DNA of 64,000 nt, from NCBI GenBank assembly GCA_965223335.1, contig OZ244991.1, positions 2,272,001 through 2,336,000 of the forward strand, in the 5' to 3' direction. A model generated the notes under the pieces. The model ran no database searches. It was not told where the DNA came from and saw only the letters and a program-made list of their open reading frames with translations. A program made the position numbers and the translations under genes. This document shows, piece after piece, positions 58,427 through 64,000 of the stretch; positions within the stretch are counted from its first letter, which is position 1; every line of letters starts with the position of its first letter. This stretch comes from Thermodesulfobacteriota bacterium (GTDB lineage: Bacteria > Desulfobacterota_D > UBA1144 > Nemesobacterales > UBA2774).

Positions 58427-59143
58427 TTACTCCCTATTGCCTGGGTCGCTAGACCCCCCTTCCCGCAAATCCACATACTCCGGCTCATCTCCAGTGGCAC
58501 GTTCCAGGCTGTATGCAAACAGCTCCGATTGTTTTTCCATCTCCCGTCCAAGCTCCTTGAGCCGTCTTTGTTCCTGCGAGAGTCCCCTATCGCGTATGCT
58601 CTCAATCTGAGCGTCCAGGCTCCGTACAAACGGCCCCTGCTCCCGCCCTGTCAGCTCCGCCGCCTGCTTTAGCCAGCCGAGTCGTTTTATGTCGTCCGTA
58701 TTCGCGGCGTTTGTCATGAGCCGTCCCATATCCTCGTCCCCGAGCCTTGCCGCCGCACTCACATATGTGCTCCGTTCCAGGTCCTCACGAAGCAAATCAA
58801 TGCTCGTCACCAGCGCTAGGAACAACCCCTCCTGCCCAATGTAGTTATCCCCGGCCTCAAGCCTTCGCTTTATCTCCGCCGCCCGTTCCCTTGGGATGTT
58901 CTTTGGATACAAAGTGGCTTCTATGTTCGACCGCCTCTCGTTTATATCGCTTTCAAATTTGTGTTTTATCTCCTCTGTCGTCCCTTTTAACGCCGCGGCG
59001 AGCTCCTTTTGCTTTTTCTCTTTGCCAATAGCGCTTAGATTCTTGTCGGTCTTTACTTCGACCAGCTTAGCACGGTGCTTTCTAATTGCACTATCCAGCT
59101 CCTCATAATAAAGGTCTATACTCTTTTTCAAGTCATCGCCCAT
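58427..59143 (-). CDS. Helical hypothetical protein after portal
   Basis: SD AAGGAGG; coiled coil; no MuF Cys/His motifs. Confidence 0.75.
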   Translation of the reverse strand: MGDDLKKSIDLYYEELDSAIRKHRAKLVEVKTDKNLSAIGKEKKQKELAAALKGTTEEIKHKFESDINERRSNIEATLYPKNIPRERAAEIKRRLEAGDNYIGQEGLFLALVTSIDLLREDLERSTYVSAAARLGDEDMGRLMTNAANTDDIKRLGWLKQAAELTGREQGPFVRSLDAQIESIRDRGLSQEQRRLKELGREMEKQSELFAYSLERATGDEPEYVDLREGGSSDPGNRE

Positions 59144-59164
59144 TCATTCCTCCTTCAACCCTTT

Positions 59165-60550
59165 CTACACCTCGCCCCTTATCTCGGCCACAATCCTCGC
59201 CATATCTTCTTTCTCAATCCTAGGCGCCATACGCTTTGCTATCCGCTCCTTCATAATCTGATCAAACCTCTCCGAGATACTAAGCGTATTCGCACGCAGT
59301 GCATTCTCTATCTCTTCGCTAAGCGAATTTATCTCAAACTCCATCGGATACTCGATCACATGCCCCGGATCGGCGATCCCCTGCCACTTGGCCCAGTACC
59401 CAAGCGCTTTTGTCTCCGCCTCCTCCATATTAAGAGCCTTATTTGTGAGAGTGTTGTTGGTGATCATAAAATCATACGACCTTGCCACCCCGCTCGCTTC
59501 CTCTGTCACACCGATAGCACCCCTTAGTGTTGCCAGTCTGTATATCTCCTCCACTCCCTTTTCTATCTGCTCCATCAACACCCTGGCCTGCGAAGCGTCC
59601 GGGCTTATGAAGTGCGGGGCATGCTTTGCGTCCGGCGGAAACCCTAGCCCCCTTGCCGTACCCAGCGCCTTATCGTTAAGCGGGTTGTTCGGGTCCTCGG
59701 GCATTACCAATTGCGAAAAGGTCTGTCGGTATAGTATCTCGTCCAATAATGAGCACCAGTTAAACAGCGCTCGGTTCACATATGCTATATCGTTTAATAG
59801 CGAGAGCCCCTCCATCGGTTCTTCCGAGTAATGACATACAGGAACTAACGGCACTTCCCCCACGGGGTGTTCATCTTCGTCTGTTTTTACAGCGGTTTTT
59901 TTGCCTTTCGAGTCCTCTGTTATTTCAAACAGCTCCCACGACTCACGCGTCCATATGCGAAACATCTGCTTGCCGCTGCCCTGCTTACGAAAGTCCCCGC
60001 TCTCTGTACCGGGTTCCTCGACCTTTGCCCATAGCAAGTTGCCGTACTTGTCCACACCCCAGTCCCAGACCGCAAGGGGCGATATCCTCACAAAATAGGG
60101 GTAGAGTCCTCCCTCAAGCTCATCCTGCCTCGTCACCGCCTCTGCCGACGGCTTGTCCACGAGTATAAAGTGGATACCCGTCACCGACGCCCATTTCGAT
60201 GCCCCTCTTATAAACTCCTCATAGCTACCACAGCGCTTATCCGCATTGCGCAGAAACATCTTAAACAGCACATCGTCTGCGAGCGCGCCATAGTCCCTTG
60301 TCACGGGCTGGCGGTATATAAACGAGTTATAAGCGTTTACAATCGGTGCACAATAATTATAGAAATAGGCCCGCTCCTTCCGCTCTATAAAACTCTCCGC
60401 ATCCTCAAACACATGCATATACAGGTGCCCCCCGCGCACATACTCCACCCCCCCACGGTACGACTCCTCAAAAAACCTGTACACGTTCTCAAGCCCCCTG
60501 TACTCCTCGCGCTTTCTCAGCACACTCTCAGTCAGGCTGTCTGTCGCCAT
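59165..60550 (-). CDS. Portal protein (SPP1 gp6-like; start ATG 60550, 461 aa)
   Basis: FYNYCAPIV, HPVGEVPLV, SLLNDIA, SGVA patterns; follows TerL; SD GGGAGG. Confidence 0.9.
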   Translation of the reverse strand: MATDSLTESVLRKREEYRGLENVYRFFEESYRGGVEYVRGGHLYMHVFEDAESFIERKERAYFYNYCAPIVNAYNSFIYRQPVTRDYGALADDVLFKMFLRNADKRCGSYEEFIRGASKWASVTGIHFILVDKPSAEAVTRQDELEGGLYPYFVRISPLAVWDWGVDKYGNLLWAKVEEPGTESGDFRKQGSGKQMFRIWTRESWELFEITEDSKGKKTAVKTDEDEHPVGEVPLVPVCHYSEEPMEGLSLLNDIAYVNRALFNWCSLLDEILYRQTFSQLVMPEDPNNPLNDKALGTARGLGFPPDAKHAPHFISPDASQARVLMEQIEKGVEEIYRLATLRGAIGVTEEASGVARSYDFMITNNTLTNKALNMEEAETKALGYWAKWQGIADPGHVIEYPMEFEINSLSEEIENALRANTLSISERFDQIMKERIAKRMAPRIEKEDMARIVAEIRGEV

Positions 60551-62039
60551 TTTTTTTACCCTCCCTTTCCATATCAAAAATTGATTTTTTACTCCCCCGC
60601 CTACCCCACACCCCACCATGGTACGTATACTTAAAATTCCTCCCATACCCCATGTACTGAAGTGCCTGTGTGATGCTGTCCACTACGTCGGTGTTCTTTG
60701 AATTCGGAAACCCCGCCGCATGCCTTATCACCTCGTCCGACCACGGCTCAGATTTTGGGATCATCACCTTCCCGGCCTCAAACAACGGTGTCACCGCATG
60801 CGCCCTTGCCTCTTTATCGCGCTCCGGAGTCACCGCCCGCACAGGCATTCGTGTAGTGCTGCGCAGTTCCTGTATCAGACTCTGTCCCGACGCCTTATCC
60901 TCTATCAACACCTCGTGTGGCGTGTGCTTTTCATATATGCGCAGAGCCTCTTTTTTCAGTTCCGGGAACTCGAGCTTCCCCCACCACGCGTCTACCAGGT
61001 AATACGCATTCTCACTCACCACCCATGTGGTACACGCCGAATAACTGCTCGACTCCCCCGTTTTAAATCCCGTATCCCACGACTGCACCACCCGTTCTAT
61101 TTTTTCAGGTAACACCGTGAAGTAGTTCCACATTGAAGATTTTATTATGTTGCCCCCGTCCGGAGTGGGGTCCTGCTGATATATGCTATCAAAGTGGCTT
61201 CCCAATAGCTCCTTTGTCTCCAACACATTTTCTATCGGATACTTATCCGGCCACAGCGTTTCACCCTCCAAAAATGTGTGTTCTCCATATATATAGTCCA
61301 TCTCCGCAATCGCGGGCATTTTGAGTACCACCCATTTTTCCGGTTCTGTTTCCAAGAGCCTCCCCACCAGGTCGTCCGAGTGCCACCTCGTGTTGACGAC
61401 TACTATCGCACCGTCCTTCTCTAGCCTCGTGTACAGAGTGGTCTTATACCAGTCCCACACCGTCTCGCGAAGGTTCTCGGAATATGCCTCCTGTATGTTC
61501 TTTATCATATCGTCGAGTATTAAAAGGTCTGCCCCGTGTCCCGTCACGGATCCCCCTCTACCCACAGCCACGAATTTTCCCCCCGCCGTAAGCTCCCACA
61601 ACGAGCCCGAAGATGAATCCTTCCGCACCCAAGACGATGGAAACACACACCTGTGCACCTCACTCTGACACAGGTTCCTTGCCCGCTTGCCGAAATACAG
61701 CGAAAACTGGTCGTTATAACTCGCGAGTATCACTTTCTTTCGCGGCTCCCGCCCCAAGTACCATGCCGGGAATCTTATTGATGCCAGCTCCGACTTGCCG
61801 TATCTGGGCGGTACTAAAACCATAAGCCTCTTTATCTCACCCCGCGCCACCCGTTCCAAGTGACTCGCCACCACCTCATGGTGCCAGTTAGGCTCATACA
61901 CCGGGTACGTGAACCTTGTATAGGTCAGTAACGATCCCCTACCGGAGTCCGAAATATACTCACGTAGACTATCAGTGCTCTCTGCCTGTTCTCGTGCTCT
62001 GGCGCGCTGTTCTGACAAGGCCAAGCAATTCCTCCTCAT
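60528..62039 (-). CDS. terL: Terminase large subunit
   Basis: Walker A VPPRYGKS, Walker B LLILDD, TRWH, YQQDP, nuclease SWDTG and IEDKASG. Confidence 0.95.
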   Translation of the reverse strand: MRRNCLALSEQRARAREQAESTDSLREYISDSGRGSLLTYTRFTYPVYEPNWHHEVVASHLERVARGEIKRLMVLVPPRYGKSELASIRFPAWYLGREPRKKVILASYNDQFSLYFGKRARNLCQSEVHRCVFPSSWVRKDSSSGSLWELTAGGKFVAVGRGGSVTGHGADLLILDDMIKNIQEAYSENLRETVWDWYKTTLYTRLEKDGAIVVVNTRWHSDDLVGRLLETEPEKWVVLKMPAIAEMDYIYGEHTFLEGETLWPDKYPIENVLETKELLGSHFDSIYQQDPTPDGGNIIKSSMWNYFTVLPEKIERVVQSWDTGFKTGESSSYSACTTWVVSENAYYLVDAWWGKLEFPELKKEALRIYEKHTPHEVLIEDKASGQSLIQELRSTTRMPVRAVTPERDKEARAHAVTPLFEAGKVMIPKSEPWSDEVIRHAAGFPNSKNTDVVDSITQALQYMGYGRNFKYTYHGGVWGRRGSKKSIFDMEREGKKNGDRQPD

Positions 62040-62595
62040 CCATCGATTCTATGTACTCGTTCACAACTCTTATATCTTTCGATATTTCATGTTTCACTCT
62101 GCCCTTTGTTTCCACATTCTCCGTAGACATGCCGTATAAAAGCCGTTCGAGTTTGATTATGTCCTGCACAGGTTTGATGTATTTCTGTGTCAGGTCCATA
62201 AGCTTTTCTAGCGATAGCCCATCCAAGCTGTCCCCATCAAAGTCCGAGTTCCTTATCTGCTCCAGACGCCCTAGCAGTGAATTGATGGGTGCGATTGCAG
62301 CCTCACGAGCCTTTTTAACCATCTCCTTGTGCGTTTCGTTAATTGACTGAATCTCCATTTCGTATTTTTCGCGTTTTACACGGTCGTTGTACTCATCGTA
62401 CGCTGCAGCACGCTCCCGCCAGTTGTATTCGGCCGAGAAATTCCCCATGTGACTCCCCGACTTACCAATGATCTCGCCCGTTTTTTCGAGCGAACGCTCA
62501 GGCCCAAGGTCACGATATACACAAAACGCTTTAAACGCCTTTATTGTCTCCCCCTCTGCCCTATCCCATGCCATCTTCTCTTGATTTTTTTTCAT
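61972..62595 (-). CDS. terS: Terminase small subunit
   Basis: WDRAEGE...AFKAFCVYRDLGPERSL...WRERAAAYD HTH pattern; upstream of TerL. Confidence 0.8.
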   Translation of the reverse strand: MKKNQEKMAWDRAEGETIKAFKAFCVYRDLGPERSLEKTGEIIGKSGSHMGNFSAEYNWRERAAAYDEYNDRVKREKYEMEIQSINETHKEMVKKAREAAIAPINSLLGRLEQIRNSDFDGDSLDGLSLEKLMDLTQKYIKPVQDIIKLERLLYGMSTENVETKGRVKHEISKDIRVVNEYIESMDEEELLGLVRTARQSTRTGREH

Positions 62596-62642
62596 TTATT
62601 CTCCTACCGACCCATTACGTCTATGCCTATAGTTGCATCTCT

Positions 62643-62977
62643 AGGGGTCTCACCCTCTTTGCCCGTGGACTGACCCCGTAGTTGCGGGATTTAACAGGGG
62701 TCTGTCCCGCACAGAACCTGTGCTTGTGTAGCATTTCTATCTCAAAAAGGGGACTGTCCCGCCTATCCCCTCTTCCCCATTTTGTCCCTCCCTGCCGTTC
62801 GCAAAAGACCGCTCTCTTGCGGTCCCCATTGGCATTTACGTAATGGGACTCCCTAAAAATGGGGTCCGTGACCCCTGGACTGATCCCTTAGTTGCGAGAT
62901 CAAAAAGACATTGTCCTATTTTTGTATTAATCCTCATAACTTCAGCTATTTTCATATGATGGGGGTCTTAAGACCCC
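62643..62977. repeat. Cluster of GGGG(A/T)CTG(T/A)CCC and GGGGTC-N3/5-GACCCC palindromes (REP-like)
   Basis: Copies near 62666, 62697, 62749, 62860, 62962; also 1807, 1831, 51339, 57016, 57174, 58095, 58117, 63438. Confidence 0.75.
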
Positions 62978-63181
62978 TTGTTGTGTTTTTATATTTGTAT
63001 TAACACTTCCCAAATCAATAATATTGCAATAGCGGCAATAGAAATATTGTTGCCCCCAACGCACAAAACTTACTTTTCAGTCATTTGTAATCCTTTTTTA
63101 ATGCTTTCGAACACAAATTAACCCCATATATGCAATAGCGGAATTAGCTATCCGTCTTCACTTTAGTTTTTTACAACTAAT

Positions 63182-63362
63182 TAGTGTCGCAGACACTAGT
63201 CCGACATTACGGTAATGGCGTATAGAAAATAAGCTTGAGAGGCGTTAAAAATGTATTTCGGGGCTGGGGTGGGATAAATACATTTAGCCTCAAGAGATTA
63301 TTTTTAGCCATTTCCGTACAGTCGGTGATTTTTGCATACTTTTGATCAAGCAAAAGTATGAA
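63182..63362. repeat. Structured intergenic repeat, copy 7
   Basis: Alignable to copies 2 and 6. Confidence 0.85.
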
Positions 63363-63567
63363 GTAAATAGGCAATGAGTATCGGACTACCGATATGTAAT
63401 CCATATTGCACTAAACTCCCGGTACTCCCTAATAAATGGGGTCCCAGACCCCCTTTTGGTCAAGCAAAAGTAGCAATAAAAAAATATATTTTGCTTTTTG
63501 TGCCTATTATCAGTGCTCTTTATTTAGTTTTAGCCTTTGTATTTGAACAGTTTGACGGTGCAAGTTG

Positions 63568-64000
63568 TTATCCATCCATCCCCCTAAGCTTCTCCATTTC
63601 CCATAGCTCCCTATGCGGACACACATTCCCACTCAGCCTTGGGAAGTAACCCCCTGCTCCCCGCCTCTTCGTATCATGACAAAACGGACAAAACTCCGCC
63701 TGCTTCATAAACGCATGAAACATTGTATTTACAAGCCCAAACTGTTCCTTGTTCCCATACACCCACATCCGTATTTCATTATGCTTGACCCCGTTTTTCA
63801 CCAAAAACTTATCCGCAGCTATCCTCCCAACCCTATTTCCGTGCAAGTAGAGTCCCACAGCCTTCTTTTCAAAGCTCTTAAGTCCCCCCACATATCCCGA
63901 TATCGCCCCCGGTGTCTCAAGCGCCTCTAAATACGGGTAAAACATCTTCGGCAGGGCCTCGCCCCCTACCCAGCTTCCGTAATGCAACAGCGCCTCCTCT
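63568..64000 (-). CDS. Partial hypothetical protein with C-terminal CxxC...CxH (possible late regulator)
   Basis: Frame is open to the window edge; lies upstream of TerS. Confidence 0.5.
   Translation of the reverse strand, partial: EEALLHYGSWVGGEALPKMFYPYLEALETPGAISGYVGGLKSFEKKAVGLYLHGNRVGRIAADKFLVKNGVKHNEIRMWVYGNKEQFGLVNTMFHAFMKQAEFCPFCHDTKRRGAGGYFPRLSGNVCPHRELWEMEKLRGMDG

Larger units (their letters stand above)
451..64000 (-). mobile_element. Sipho-type prophage or domesticated phage-derived morphogenesis region (boundaries not visible in window)
   Basis: Co-oriented TerS-TerL-portal-scaffold-capsid-neck-tail tube-chaperone-TMP-Dit synteny; no att site, integrase, sheath or lysis genes recognised. 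Confidence 0.9.

Noticed and set aside
58427..59143. MuF / gp7 minor head protein or MuF toxin
   Set aside because: Lacks the Cys/His MuF motifs despite its position after portal
60670..60700. TerL nuclease motif reads NTDVVD rather than HDDxVD, suggesting inactivity
   Set aside because: Other acidic residues are retained and this position varies among terminases; cannot be judged without alignment
51590..63060. Sigma54 promoters at the TTGCA-containing motifs
   Set aside because: GG to GC spacing is not 10 nt

Overview
The window is a minus-strand morphogenesis region of a long-non-contractile-tailed (sipho-type) prophage or phage-derived element. Read from the right end, the order is terminase small and large, portal, scaffold, major capsid, head-tail joining genes, a block of beta-rich structural or exported proteins, tail tube, -1 frameshifted tail chaperones, tape-measure region and a Dit-like gene. 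It is interrupted by morons (hicBA, DUF5678-like/retropepsin pair, GNAT, glycosyltransferase, secreted proteins) and by structured intergenic repeats. No integrase, replication, lysis, sheath or recombinase gene is recognisable in the window. The striking part is 2.7-29.4 kb, where the usual single tape-measure protein (TMP) gene is replaced by about 10 cassettes. Each pairs a minus-strand TMP-derived ORF head-to-head with one or two plus-strand CxxC-2TM-CxxC membrane-protein genes (13 genes in all). The TMP pieces are 2 full-length genes, 4 truncated genes with a shared acidic tail, 3 minis of exactly 37 aa and 2 remnants. TMP N-termini vary while internal homology blocks are near-identical, the partner genes look leaderless, and most cassette junctions carry tandem DnaA-box sequences. 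I infer a polymorphic TMP / cognate membrane-partner (exclusion or immunity) cassette system. Its function is a hypothesis, product names come from motif recognition and synteny without database searches, and mis-assembly of repeats cannot be excluded.
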